From NCBI RefSeq assembly GCF_009914755.1, contig NC_060929.1: a stretch of 64,000 bases of DNA, one strand, 5' to 3'. Made by a program: the position numbers and the translations under genes. Of the stretch, positions 1 to 13,623 are shown in pieces (positions within the stretch are counted from its first letter, which is position 1; the number at the start of each line of letters is the position of its first letter). The notes below the pieces were generated by a model. It was not told the origin of the DNA and did not search any database. It worked only from the letters and a program-made list of their open reading frames with translations. Origin of the DNA: the human T2T-CHM13v2.0 reference genome, Homo sapiens.

Positions 1-281
<281 letters not shown>

Positions 282-1502
282 TATACACTCTTAAAGTTTT
301 TTTAAATTGGGTTATTTGATTGGCGTATCATAAGTCACTTACTTATCATTGTGTGCTCAATGTTGTAAAATTTATGTGCAATGGAAAAGAGAAAATATCA
401 CTTAGGTGATGAAACGTGGGAAATTTATTCAGTGTTAGGACTCCTGAAGAAACAACTTTGCAAATTTTCTTTTATGTAAAGAAACGGGCATCTGTAAATT
501 CATACATATTTTTTAAAATAATGGTTATAAATCTAACTTTTATAACATGGTATTGAAAATGCTTTATAAAGAGTAAAGGACTATTTTAATTTCAGTTATA
601 ATTTTAGTGGCTTACAAAATGGATCATCAAAGCCATTTTGATTTTTAAAATTTCATGTGAAATTTAACATATTTTATATGAATAAAACTCCCCCCCCCAG
701 CTATCTTTGGAAGACTAAAAGCAGGATTATTTACAGAAGATTAGAAATATACATTGTTGTGAAAGCTACAAAGCCAAACCACATCATTAAATAAAACCTC
801 AGGCTCACAGGAAAGTGACTGTCACAGAGCATTTTTATGAACGCAAATTTTTTATTACTTTTTGATGAGGAAGAACATGATTAGTGACAAAGAAGAAGAA
901 ACTGAGTTAAAAAATAAAAACTCTGAAAACAACATGACTACTTTCTATTTCTGAAAAACATTTTCTTGAATTTGTTCTGAAAAATACATGAAATATAGAA
1001 AATATTCAAACATAGGTTTCAAAGGTTGTAAAAAGTAAGCATGTAAAAATGAAACAAGAAAAAGGGAGAAACAGAAGATATAAAAGTTGGGATTTCAGGC
1101 TAAGTATACCCGTCATATTAATAAATAATTGCATCTTCATATTGTATGATTGATGCTTTTTGAAAATAAATCTGAATATAAATTATTATATAATGAAACA
1201 CAAGAGTATGTGATATTTGTGCTGATATGCATTAAAAATAATTTATTAAAAATAACTGATGTAGTCACACTAAGGCATCAATCTGGTCTTTGGTATATGA
1301 ATTTTTTTTAGTTCAAAAATATGTTTATATCTAAAACAATGATTATAGAAAATAGACACATATATCCAGTTAAGAATAAATTTATGTGAATAAATGTTGT
1401 TCTTAAAATTGTCTCTCTTGTCATTTTATTTTTGTTAAGATGAACAAATCAATAAAATTCTATGAATCCAACAATCTAAGCTGAAATGTATAATAACTAT
1501 GC

Positions 1503-1540
1503 CTATACCTAGAGAAGTTAAAAAACTTCTCTAGGTATAG
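1503..1540. repeat. Perfect 17-bp inverted repeat with a 4-nt loop
   Basis: ctatacctagagaagtt-aaaa-aacttctctaggtatag. Confidence 0.95.
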
Positions 1541-3017
1541 TCCTAAAATAGGTAATTATATTTTAGAAATAATTAAAATAGTCTAATATTTTCTCTGTAG
1601 GTACACATAACTCTAGACTCTTGAATATATTGGCACTGACAGGTAGATGTTAATGAAAAATGCAGTTTTCTAAAACAGAGATCAGGCCACAGTCATATTC
1701 CTGTTTGGTGATAAAATAAACTCAATGACATTGGCTAAAGAATGAGTTTTATTCTGTCTAAAATCTCAATCCAACTTCTCTTAACATCTCACTTAATTTC
1801 CATGCATGAATCCTCTAATCCATATCAAATAATCTACATTTGGGTATCTTATTAAGTGGTCCCCTAGGCTTCTACCTCCTGCAGTTTCCCCTGCCTCTTG
1901 TATCACTCCTTGGTCCTACAGGATACAAGTGTAGCATATTACTCACACAGTTTTAATATGTTCCTCAACCTTTCATTTCATTGTATCTATCTCTTTTAGA
2001 ACACTTTTTTACCACTTTTTGCTTTATATTGCATTGTTCACAGCTTTTTACATGCAGGTTGTAACCCTTAAATGAGGCTTTAATTTCATTGATGATGACA
2101 ACTGTCGCCAGGACACTTTTTAAAACATCCTTCTGAATGTCTGGAACAGTATCTTTCATCTATTGCATATTTAGAACGTCTTGCTCAGTTAATAAATGCT
2201 AGGATGTATTAATTTCTGTTTGAAACTAAAGCATTTCAGATGGCACTTCGAAATTGCCAGTAGATAATTTAGAATAAGAATTTGATGATTTTTGACATAA
2301 GAAAAATGGCCTTGATACAATTATTAGGGTAACTCTAATTATTATGACCCATTTTAAAGTTTCTAAAGTTAGTATCGGTGAGCAATAAGACTAAACCATC
2401 TGATGAACCTATTATAATCCATAAATGTTACATGCCTTTCTCGTACGACATAATTCCAAGAGCCCTTCAATGCTTATTTTCTCTATTCTCTTTCACCTGA
2501 GAGTTTGAGAAAAGAATTATTACTAAAATAGTTTTTGATGTCTCTAAAGTGTTGAAGGGCAAAAATCTTTCATTTCCATGAACTTAGCAAAATGTATACA
2601 TGTAATCATTCCTCCCTTGACTAACACCTTTTTTCCATTTTTTCATCAGTGCTTCAAAGAATATGTTGTTTTTTTCTGAACTCTTCTTTTATTAAAAAAA
2701 AACTGCATCACTACATCTTCCATTGGTACAAGTTAGAGTAGTATATATGTCTTTAAAAGAGTGGGAACATGGTAAAAAGCACTGCGTTTAATATTTTCAT
2801 TTTAAATTTATGTATTTAGAAACTGAAAAAGTGATTGTGTTCTGAGTGCTGGTCTTATCTCCAAATGGTTGTGAGTTACATTTGGCTGTAAGGTTTATGA
2901 GATTTCTAATTCTATATTGGAAAAAGATTTGACTTTGGCAGATGAGGTAGAAAATAAAAATTTCAGTGGTATTGTTTTCTTCAGATAATATTTAATTTGG
3001 CTTTAATCCCAAGGGAT

Positions 3018-3069
<52 letters not shown>
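3018..3069. repeat. (GA)n microsatellite
   Basis: Direct reading; one AA interruption. Confidence 0.95.
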
Positions 3070-3074
<5 letters not shown>

Positions 3075-5145
3075 AATTTGAGTCATATATTTCCCAGGAA
3101 CTATTCTGAGATTTGACCTATTTGTAAAACTGGAAGCCAAGTAAGTCAGTGGCATAACATAGATAAAGGCTAAGTACAATTTGACCTTGAGACATGGGAG
3201 TTTTCCCTCTTTCCATAATATGCAGCTGTAGAGTCCCAATTTTTGAACAGCTGATCAACCACTGTCCACACTGATAGATAAAGACTTACACCAAATGTTT
3301 TGCATTCAAATATGTTCCATTAACATGCTCAGTTAACTGGCACTTCTTGATGACTCTGATATGAGTTCAGATATGTTTTTGTATCCAAAATATGTATTCA
3401 GCTAAACCAAAAAGAAGACACCAAATCAGACGTACGAGTAAAGTTCTGTAAGAAAATGATGATTAATTTTGTATTAAGCTTGTTGCATTGCCAAAAACAA
3501 TGGACTCAATACACTTCCCTCCTCCTACCCAGATTTCTGATCATTTTCTCTGCTCTTTCTGTAAATACATCTGAGCTACAATCAACTGACATCCCGAAAG
3601 ATTAGACTGAAGCTGGATACAAAATAAAGGCCAAAGGTCATTAACTTCTAGCTGAGTGTTCCATATGCTGGGTTCTACAAGTCTGTATACATCAGATATT
3701 TGGATCACGTCAATATCTAAATCCTTGTTTTGAATATCATTTTACCTTCCAGATATTGTTCAAGAAGATATGTGCCTATAAGTGTGTCCACCTATGTGGT
3801 TAAACAAATTAAATTCCTCTCAGAATATTTTCCTTCTTGTACCTTGTTGTAGAAAAGTCACAACCTAACTCTGTATGGAGCCTTATCTTTTCCTCTCCAA
3901 TCTCTTCTTCATGTCTGTGTTTGTACAGATTTGTCATAGGAAGAATATCTTATATAGATATTTAAGTAATTTCTGCAAAAGTTATTAATTTCTCAATGTT
4001 TGCACAAGGAGTATTTTCAATTAATAAATTCTGCTAAGAAAAATCTTTCATAAAAATACTATCATACTATTAATTTTTTTAAATTTAGCATCCAAGATTA
4101 TATACAAGGTCTATATGTAGAAGAGTATCTTATTTGAAGAAAATAAATTGATTTCAAAGCTATATCTTATTTATGTCTGTAAATAACAATGAAGGCTTCC
4201 AAAATGTGCTGGAACACATTAATGACTTGTGATTTCATATCCGATTATTTGTGGCCAGTGAAACTCAAAGTCAACGTACAAACTCTTGGCTCACCACACT
4301 CTAAGGGAACTATTTTCTAACGCTGATAAAACTAGAGATTTTAAAGTAAGATATTGAGTGTTCAATGACTCTGGTCAATTTGCACAGCATTTATATGTTG
4401 TTGCTGTTTTTTGACTCAAAGAAGCAAAACAAAAAATATGAGAAGCAATCCATACTTATGATATAATTGCTTAGTTTTAGAGTTTACATAAAAATAATAC
4501 TTGGAATGCTTTCATTAATTTTTTTTAATCTACATGGACTACAGATGCTCCGTTTTGCATTATTATTTAGATTTGATATAAGGGAGCTTAGAAGCACACA
4601 TTAAAAGTTATTTTAATGTGTGATTAAAAGAAGATAGATCTGAAGTGCTTAGCTTTACAAAATCAGAGAAATATTTTGGTATTCAGATCCATGCAGAGGA
4701 ACTTAAAGGTTACAGAAACTGTTCAATGTATACACACATTTCATTTTTCAAATCCCCATCTGTAAATTTATTGTGTAATTTTTTTTAAATACGTGCTGAA
4801 ACATATTAGTGATACGTGATTTCATAGTTTTCTTCTGTGTGTAGTTTATCTGAAGCTTAAATCCAAAAGCCTCATGGAATTTCAAAACCTGACATTCCTG
4901 ATACTCTTTGCAGAGAAAAGTCAAAACACCTGTACCCACAATAGTTGCCCACATTTTACCCTTCTTTTAGGGTGAATGTAATCCAGAAGTAGCATCATCA
5001 GAGCATGTATATCCAGAGGTTACTCCCCACACCCCTCAGTGCCTCTTCAGATTCAGCCTCACACTGGAACACACACCATTATGAGATTAAAAAGGATAAA
5101 GCAGCATCTGGAAAACTAAAATGTCGTAAAAAGCTTAAATTACAT

Positions 5146-5151
5146 TTTATT
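5146..5151 (-). terminator. Distal polyadenylation signal AATAAA
   Basis: Plus strand tttatt. On the minus strand it is followed by U-rich sequence (cattttagttttcc, ttttatcctttt). Confidence 0.55.
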
Positions 5152-5740
5152 CCTCAGGCTTAAAACACAAATTGAGAATTATTCAAATTAAGCTTACTTA
5201 CTTCCCATACCTCAAATTATAATATGATAGCACAGGGCAATTGCAAACAGAGGTAAAATCCAAAATTTTGCACATGGGTAGAAACAGACAGAAAATGTCA
5301 TATAACTTTTGGGGACACTGATAATGATAAATTTAAAGAGCAAAGGAAAAACTCCGGTGTCAACTAATTCCTATTTCATGTATTTAAGAATTTCAATATT
5401 TCTGAAATATATAGATGTGGCCAGTTTTAGAAAATAGGACCATTATGGTATGAATTCTTACTTCAAGGCCAATAGCAACAACAACAAAACATTATCTAAA
5501 ACAATTTGAAAAAAAAAGCCCCACCCAAATTCTCAGAAATTAGCTTATGAAAATATTAAAATAATTGGAATTGTGTACATATATTTAAACAGTAGCTTCA
5601 CTGTTGAAGATTTCATGAAATTCTCCTGTGATAATATTTTATGCCAGATGCATGTAAATATATATTTATAAGCTAATGAAACTAGAAAATTAGATAAGCG
5701 TCTGCAAGCTTTTATGCAATTGAATACTTTGCAGTTGGCA

Positions 5741-5850
5741 AAGCATTTTACAGATGCTCATTTAATCCTCACAACAACCCTGTGAGGTGGGCAGGGAAGT
5801 CATTGCCATCTCTACTTTGTGGTTTGGACCCTGAACACAGAGACTTTCGG
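5741..5850 (-). mobile_element. MIR fragment within the 3' UTR
   Basis: ctcatttaatcctcacaacaaccctgtgaggtggg matches the reverse complement of the MIR core. Confidence 0.75.
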
Positions 5851-6800
5851 AAACATATCTGAGGATAATAACTGTGAATCTCCTTTTTTGCTCCTAGTCC
5901 TACACATTTTCCTGTTGATACCAAACTAATTATCAGTGAGATGGAAAAAATCTGAAACTGTGTAAGGAATAAATGTAAGTCAACTATGATTCTATGACAT
6001 TTACGTTCATTGGAGGATAGTCTTTCAGACTACATTGTTATTGTGTGAGGTACTTATTTTTAATTACTGCTCGTGTTGAAAATAAGTGAATTAGACTGAA
6101 GTACAAACCAGCCAGCAAAATATTTGACAATTAATTTTAAATACAGAAATGACCAAAATTGCTGATTTAAATATAATAAAACAAGTGGAAAAAAGGAAAA
6201 AAAAAGTTCCCCAACATTTGGTAGAAGATAAGGTGTGTGGCTATTTTTAAAATTAAATTATTCCCTGACATATCAGATTTTCATAACATACCTTAAACTA
6301 TTCTTTCTGTCCATTTAAAAATAGGAGTATCCCATTAAAATAAAAGGGGGTGTACGGGATAGAGACAATAGTCTCGTGCTCAGTACAGCACACAACTGGT
6401 GCACTGAAGTTGCATACATTATAGTGCAGGCAGCAAATCCCCATGCTCCATCAGTTTTGTATGGAGAAAAGAACTGGGGAGGGCAAAGGGAAATGGTACA
6501 TACAAGTCCATGATAGAGTGGAAATACCTCATGTAATATAAACACAAGACAAGGCTAATGAGATCTGTTATAATAACAGAGTGTGGTTCTCAAGGTTTCA
6601 CCCAGAAAAGTGATAAAAGAGGTCGTGATTACCTTCACAAGTTTCCTGTATTAGTGTTACCACCCCTATAAGTCATAACCACCAGTGATCTTGAGCCTTT
6701 CTGTTTAGTTTTGCTTTTGAAAAAAATAAATCACAATATATTGAAACAAATATCATTGTTTGGCTTAATTCAGGTATTCTTAATAAACAGTACCACAGAC

Positions 6801-6806
6801 TTTATT
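6801..6806 (-). terminator. Proximal polyadenylation signal AATAAA
   Basis: Plus strand tttatt, about 250 nt after the stop. On the minus strand a TGTA lies upstream and a U-rich tract (gtgatttattttttt) lies downstream. Confidence 0.65.
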
Positions 6807-7051
6807 GAGCAATTGAAAATATACACAAGGAACAATAACTTTTTCTTTGTATTGTCTTTTTTTTTTTTTTTTTACTTTCTTCCAATTAAATAACCCAGTT
6901 TCGATCATGAAAAGGGCACTTGTTTCTACAGGAGCTGTGTCCAGCTTCCTCAGTTCCAAGTACTGTTTCCACACTTCTTCCTTGTCATTGCTGAGGTTGT
7001 ATATCCACTTACTCAGGAAGCAAATTCCACAAGGTTGCAAGAACTGACCCC

Positions 7052-7542
7052 CTAAGTTGTTCTTTCAGATTCTATTTCTCCATAGAGTTCAGCTAACTTT
7101 TTAAACTCGGGTCCCCAGTCTCCAAGGTAGTGATAATCCTGGTCTGATTGTGTCGTTGCTGAATCCAGCGAGCTGATAGACCCAGCTTCTGATCTCTGAC
7201 CCTCATAGGCATAAGTCTGAAGAGAGTCATAAGGGGGAACGCTAGGGTCTAGGTCTGCTTCTGCCAGTCTTTGCTTAATAAATTCCTGAACATCTATGCT
7301 TTCCAGGGTGGATGATGTCTGGTGTCTGGGAGTGAGCTTCACTTCAGGTCTGATATCCCTCCGGTACTTGAGCTCCTCAGCAGCAGAAGGATTCCTCAAG
7401 GCTGTGATGTCAAAGGCCTCTGTGTCTTCCTCTCCGCCTCCTTCATCATCATAGGTGACCACGTTCTCCCGTACATCCTCTTCTGAAATGATCAAGGGCT
7501 CTTTTTTGCTGCGCCTCAGGGTGATAAAAAGTACCACAATTG
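7052..7542 (-). CDS. CDH18: Cadherin-18 terminal coding exon (end of TM helix and cytoplasmic domain)
   Basis: ttcctcag|CAATTGTG; TAG at 7054-7052. Contains the p120-binding [10 protein letters not shown] and the beta-catenin-binding [13 protein letters not shown]...SISSL...[14 protein letters not shown]. Ends in ESERTT, recognised as CDH18. Confidence 0.96.
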
Positions 7543-8260
7543 CTGAGGAAGAATGGAAAAAGGATGAAGAATTAAGAAAACAGGAAGGAAATTCTTAGAG
7601 ATTTTACAACAGCAATTTCCCATTTTCCCATTCGTCATTAATCACATTCCAGAGTTAGGCTGGCATTGCAGCACAACTCACTCTGTGCTCTCTGAATAAC
7701 ACCGCAAGGTACTGTAATGCCTCAAATAATGTAAAAGATGATTACCCCAGGAGACATTGCGAATTGCTGATCTTCTATAGAAAACCACAATACTCTCAGT
7801 TTGCTAAGATGTAGGTTTCTTGGCTCATATTTCAGTAAAACCATTTAGTGATTAAAGTGAGATAAACACATGATGAAAAAATAATATGAAATTTTAACTC
7901 AAAAAATAATGTAGTGAGCTGGTCTCTCTATAGATATTTAATCCTTCTAGGTAGATACACTAAAGATGTTTTAAGTTTCTGGAATATTGGAAGAAGGAGC
8001 CTTAACGTTAAACCCTTTAAATTTTGATGCTTTGTAGAAAATCAAAGCAGAAATATTTTAATGTTGATCTCTTTTGTCAATTATCCTTTAAAATTATATT
8101 ATCATGCATTAATAATTGCATTTTCCCATTCAGGGACAAAATAATGTTTCATTATTTGTACACAACTTGTTTCATAGGAATTTTTTGATTTATGAATGTT
8201 CTTTATATAACTTATTTATTTAATTCTCACAGCAGAGCTGTGGCTTTACTCTATTTTTAA

Positions 8261-8390
8261 CCCATTTATGCCTGAGGTTGCAATTTTTTGTGTGTGAAAA
8301 ATCAGACTTTGGCGATAACCTTGAGCAGTAGGACATAAATAACTTCCACAAGCTTAATGTTCCAATAATGGAACACTAGGCATAAATGAG
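8261..8390 (-). mobile_element. MER85 (non-autonomous piggyBac/PGBD3 MITE) inserted into a MIR remnant
   Basis: TTAA at 8257-8260, TIR cccatttatgcct, opposite TIR aggcataaatgag (1 mismatch), and internal palindrome gttccaataatggaac at 8359-8374. Confidence 0.9.
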
Positions 8391-8945
8391 AATGAGGAAT
8401 CTGAGACTCAGGAAAGAGTATCTAAATAACCAAGATCAAAAGATAAGATCACACAGATGGCAAGTGGAAGAGCTTGTACCATAATGTGATTTCTCGCATC
8501 ACAGGTAATGATATTTCTACTATAAAAATACTCTACTTCAGTATTTCAAAGACATGAAATAATAAACTGAGTGTCCAACTGGACATGTGCCTTAGGATAG
8601 CTCTAGCTAAATATGGTGGATTTGTCTTTATTTCCAATAATGCTGCAAACATTAGAAGATGTGATAGAAATGTGTCTTGGGAACTTTGCTTTGGCCATTT
8701 ATCAATATTTTCAACTGTTTCTATTTGATGAAATTAAACTGTTACTAAATAGAAATAGTTCCCTCACATCAAATTTGTTATAGGCTGTGTTACTAGGCTG
8801 AGTATTATTTACTTCAGCTCTATAGACTGCTCTTTTCCTGCTCAGCTGATATTCTAGGCTTTATGATGGTGATAATGATGCCCATTAATATTTTTAACAT
8901 TCTTTACTTCATAATAATCAGGGAGGTACATTCGATTGACATTTA

Positions 8946-9616
8946 AGGTTGTTATATTTAGCAAACAAAAATAAATGGCAGGATTCTCAATTAAACGTGA
9001 ATTTGAGATCAATAACAGCACACACACACACACACACACACACATGCTTCTCAACCTACAGTAAGCTTACATTCTTATAAACCCATTTGAAGTTGAAAAT
9101 ATCTTAAATCAAAAATGCATTTGATACACATAATTTAGTAAACATTATAGCTTAGCCTAGCCTACCTTAAATGTGCTCAGAACACATTAGCCTACAGTTT
9201 GCCAAACTTATCTAACACAAAACGTATTTTATAATAAAGGTATAAAGAATTTTGAATCAGAATTCAAAATATGGTTTCTACTGAATGCATATTGCTTTCA
9301 CATCCTTGTTAAGTCAAAAAATCTTAAGTCAAACTATTGTTGGTTGGAGACCATCTGCAACACACACACACACACACACACATACACACACACATACACA
9401 TAAGGTATTAAGTGTGTCCCATATAATATTTGAGATACACACAGGCAAATATTGTGCTAAGCATACATGCATATGTTCCAAATATTATTATATTATTCCT
9501 TGTGACATATTTATGTTATATATACACATACATACCTATATACAGATATAGATATATTTCTTATTTATCTGAAATTCACATTTATCTGGGTATACTGCAT
9601 TGTGTCTGGCAACCTT
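8946..9616. mobile_element. MER53-like palindromic hAT MITE, split by a Tigger MITE
   Basis: Left arm aggttgttatatttagcaaacaaaaata...ttaaacgtgaatttgagat; right arm ttatctgaaattcacatttatctggg...tctggcaacctt. Confidence 0.7.
9041..9357. mobile_element. TcMar-Tigger MITE (MER47/Tigger5-like)
   Basis: Degenerate TIRs cacatgcttctcaacctac / ttggagaccatctg; internal cttagcctagcctaccttaaatgtgctcagaacac. Confidence 0.75.
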
Positions 9617-12335
9617 GATTATAAGTGAACTTGAATGAATGGTTGTGAATCAAACACCAGGTTATCTAACTCTGATAAAGAACATACTTTCCCCCCAGAA
9701 ACTGCCCTTTTACTGCTTACCTCTGCAAAGTAACTTTTATCTTCACTTTTATCATTATGGTTACTTTGTTCTTCTTTATAGCTTAACCATTTTAATGTAT
9801 AACTCTAATCTATATGGACTAGTTTTATCTGTTTTAAAACTAGAGAAAACTTGTGGAAGAGGAGTAGATTTTAAAGCCAGAGATGGAAAGGAAAGTGAGA
9901 GAAAGGGATGGTCACTGTGCACTGGGAGGTACCCAGTTTTGCAGAGGAAAGGCAAATGGGAGACTATGAAGGAACCAAAAAGACAGGAAAAAAACATCTG
10001 TAGAGAAAGTCATAGAACCATCCAGAAACGTGTGAAATGAAAAGATATTAGCATTGGGAAGGTAATGAGAAAATTCAATGAGGGTCACTACAGCAGACAT
10101 GGGAAGCATTGAATTACTACTGTTTAAAATGAAGTGGTTACAGAAAGCTGAAAATGAAATGTTGGTGCTACACATGCCCTGATCTACAAATATTATGCAC
10201 AGAATTACAGATTTTCCCATATACGTTGCCTATATGTCAAAGACATTGCTTAATATATGCCTTTATTTTGGGGTAAAAAAGGCTTTTGCTGAACATAGGA
10301 AATATGCATTTAATAACTGCCTGTGTATTTTAGCATAAATCCACCTTACAGTTTTCTAATTCAAAGCTCCAAACAACATCCTCAAGTAATTCACTCCACT
10401 GTATTCAGAAGTTTAGATTTATCATGCACGATATATATCTCTGTTCATCTTTATAATTAAATGAGGAGGCTGTTCTAGATCAAAAGACCTATTTATAAAG
10501 ACTGCCTAATTTATTATAATACAATTTCTTACCTTCACCAATAAATCAAGTTATTTTCTTTTATATTGAATTGGTTGGTGGTTGATGTCAAGGGAATTTA
10601 TGTGCAGACACAACAGGGAATATGTAATCAATACTGCCATAGAGGTATGGAGGTAATTTGCATCCTTCAATATTTGTGCAATTTTTCAATCTTTGCATAT
10701 GTATCATATTCACTTAATGAAATACAGGGATAATCCTGGCTTTTTAATTATCATGGCATATAGTTTCTATTTCTCAAAAGTTAAGAAAATAATTCAGATA
10801 TATTATGATTCAAAATATAGAGACCATTTACATTTGAACGTTGAAGGTTTACATCTACCTTTTCCCCAGAAAAGGTAGTATTTGCTACCTTTCTGGATAT
10901 TATTTGCTAGTATTCAGTGATTCCTAGGCTTGTTACATACTTATTTAATAAAAGGAGATATATATATATATTTATATATATATATGTATAAAATCAAAAT
11001 CTGAGACATTTTTGAGTGAAAGGGGATGTTGTTCATAATTATGTCAGGACATCAGGGCAAATGCAGACATAGGATCCCTCTAGTTAAAGATAAATTCAAA
11101 TCAACTCAGAAAAATGTTGTACATTGTGTTCCTGATGAACTTATTTTCATTCCTGTTGGTTCCACAGATATTTCTGGAGCAGATGGCACCAGGTAGATAC
11201 TCCATAAACAATTATCATGTGGACAAACAAAAAAAAAATCTCTGTGAAAATGGTAATGTGACATTGTGTTAAGTGAATTACCCTGAACAGTAATAGCCTC
11301 ACTAGGAAAATAATTTTAAGATATTTTTTAAAAATTAGCTTATGGTTACTAATAACATCAAACTCCTAATTGTACTGGAGAATATTTCTTAATGTTTGAA
11401 AAACAAATGAAATGTTTCCAAAAAAAATCCTAAGACCAAAGTATATTTTAAAAGAATGAGTGCAGATAATAATTATACATATAAATAGAGTCAAATCCTT
11501 ATTTAAAAACTGACAGTCAAAAGAATGTATTCAAATGACCCTGATAACCTATCAAAGCATACACATTGGCAAGGTACCTCTTCTTACAGTGAGTCATCTG
11601 GTAAAATACAATATGAGAGAACCAAGGTGGTGTTACAAAAAAAAGAAAAGATATAGAACTTGTTTTTCTTTGTACAAAATAATAAATAATTTATGATATA
11701 ATTTGAAGCCAACTGGATTGAAACTTGAATAAGCTGTAGAATTTTTTACATGTCTTTAGTCTAAAATAAATATTTTATCCTTGGTTAGTGAATTTCTTTT
11801 TCTTCTGTTCAAGTTTGGGCAGAATTTTAAATGCCCGTGAGATTATCATTTTATATTATAAATTAGAATAAATTTGTGGAGTTTTATGAATTAATTTTAT
11901 CATCAAGTAATTCAAAGATGGGGAAACATTTTTTGTATTTGTTTTCTCATAATATGTATTTTTTCCTATATATTATGTATCATTCCAGTGCTTGGCATAC
12001 TAAGTGGCTTTCAGTTCCCATAATATAAACTATCATACAACTTGAATTTGAACCCATTCCATACTGAATCTCAACATACTCCTCCCTAAGTAGCTTGCAT
12101 AGCAGAATTTTTTAAACCTCAAATACCACTTGATTCTTTGTCATACCATCATATGTTGGCACTGAATTTGGTAGAATTGAGGTGGCCTGAGTCAGGAAGG
12201 TTATTTTTATTGACTTACGGAGTGTGACTTGCCACACTTGGGAGTGGCATCTCTCTCTGAAACCTTAGATTTTTAAACCAAGGGTAGCACACAAAACCAT
12301 TTGAAATAGCTCAAATGAAAAGCAGGCTGACCTTT

Positions 12336-12543
12336 ATCTCCTCACCAATTCCATCTTCTTCTCTTAGTTCACCACGTGTTCACACCAACTCCATTCTGAT
12401 CCTCATTTATCAGGAAATTTATATCCAATATTAGGGAGCAATCCATGTCTCACTTATGGTGGCCTCACCTAGGTTACCTGCTTATATGTAAGCTGTGGAC
12501 TGAAAGGGTAGCTGGAAGAGGTCCCAGTCAGATCCCGACTCAA
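12336..12543 (+). repeat. Copy A of a ~207-bp dispersed direct duplication
   Basis: Aligns to 13417-13623 at about 87% identity (manual count). Confidence 0.92.
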
Positions 12544-13416
12544 TGACTTATGCCTAGTGTGATCAAGATTTGCCTTGCCAACTACTCTAGTCCCTCTGGC
12601 AAGAGATGGGGTAAAGTTGGGAAATAAAAGTCAGGCCTCTGGGAGGGAGAGAGGATTTCAGCTACCTCTACTGTCATGGTAAATTCTGATTGCATCATAA
12701 AGGCTCACTCTAAATTCTCTTCCATCCATCATATGCAATAGACCTGAAAAAGGTAACCTCAACAGACAGTAACTCAGCTCATAATGTTTATATCTATCAT
12801 TTAAAGTTAGCCTCTTTGGTTGACAAGCACCATTCAACGTATACATAGATGGATTCCGACCATGTTGTAAAATGTTGAACCATATGCAATCTTTAATAAA
12901 ACAAGAATAAGCATTTCAAAATTCTACAGAATGACTCTAAGGTCCTTTCAACTGAAATGTCATTCTCACAGGTTTAGAAATAGAAACAAGAAAAACTGAA
13001 TGTGTGGCTTTAGATCACACAGTTATTGGCAAAACTAGAGCTGGGTTTGTACAATCATAGCCATTTTCACAAACAAGAAGCTGAGAGGGAAAATTTTTTA
13101 ATATTAAAATATTAATTTTACAATTTGTTTAGCTGCGAGGGTTGAACGTTATTTCAGAATTACGAGTTCAAAAATAAAGTTTTGCTACATTTGGTTTTGT
13201 CGATATTTATGCCGAAAATCATAATCTCATAAATTAACTTCAACATTATTTTAAAATTACAGATGGCTATATCCTGTACCCCTTGGCTAGATACTTTCTG
13301 AATAACAATAAAAACGAATCAATGCCATGAAAAGCAAATATTGCATTATAATATATAATTGTAGTTATATATTTTCACTAATTTTATTAGTTGAAACTTA
13401 AATATGCTTTTAGAGC

Positions 13417-13623
13417 ATCTTCTCACCAATTCCATCTTCTTCTCTTTGTCCACCACGTGTTCACACCAAACCCACTTCGATCCCCATTTATCCGGAAATT
13501 TATATCTAGGATAAGGAGCAGTCCATGCCTCACTTACGGTGGCCTCACCTAGGTCACCTGCTTATATGTGAGGTATGGACTGAAAGGGGAGCTGGCAGAC
13601 GTCCCAGTCAGATCACGGCTCAA
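13417..13623 (+). repeat. Copy B of the ~207-bp duplication, flanked by 19-bp direct repeats
   Basis: aaatatgcttttagagcat at 13400-13418 and aaatatgcttttacagcat at 13622-13640. Confidence 0.92.

Larger units (their letters stand above)
5122..7051 (-). other. CDH18: 3' UTR of CDH18 (long form; the distal end is approximate)
   Basis: Downstream of the stop codon and bounded by AATAAA at 5151-5146 on the minus strand. The cleavage site is inferred about 15-30 nt downstream of that signal. Confidence 0.6.

Noticed and set aside
4951-4979. Imperfect hairpin acattttaccct...agggtgaatgt
   Set aside because: Short, with mismatches; within chance expectation.
6782-6806. Plus-strand AATAAA (6782-6787) facing the minus-strand signal
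   Set aside because: AATAAA is frequent in DNA this AT-rich, and there is no evidence of a convergent transcript.
9639-10220. 133-aa and overlapping ORFs in the last intron
   Set aside because: No recognisable domain or splice context, and low-complexity composition; likely chance or decayed-repeat ORFs.
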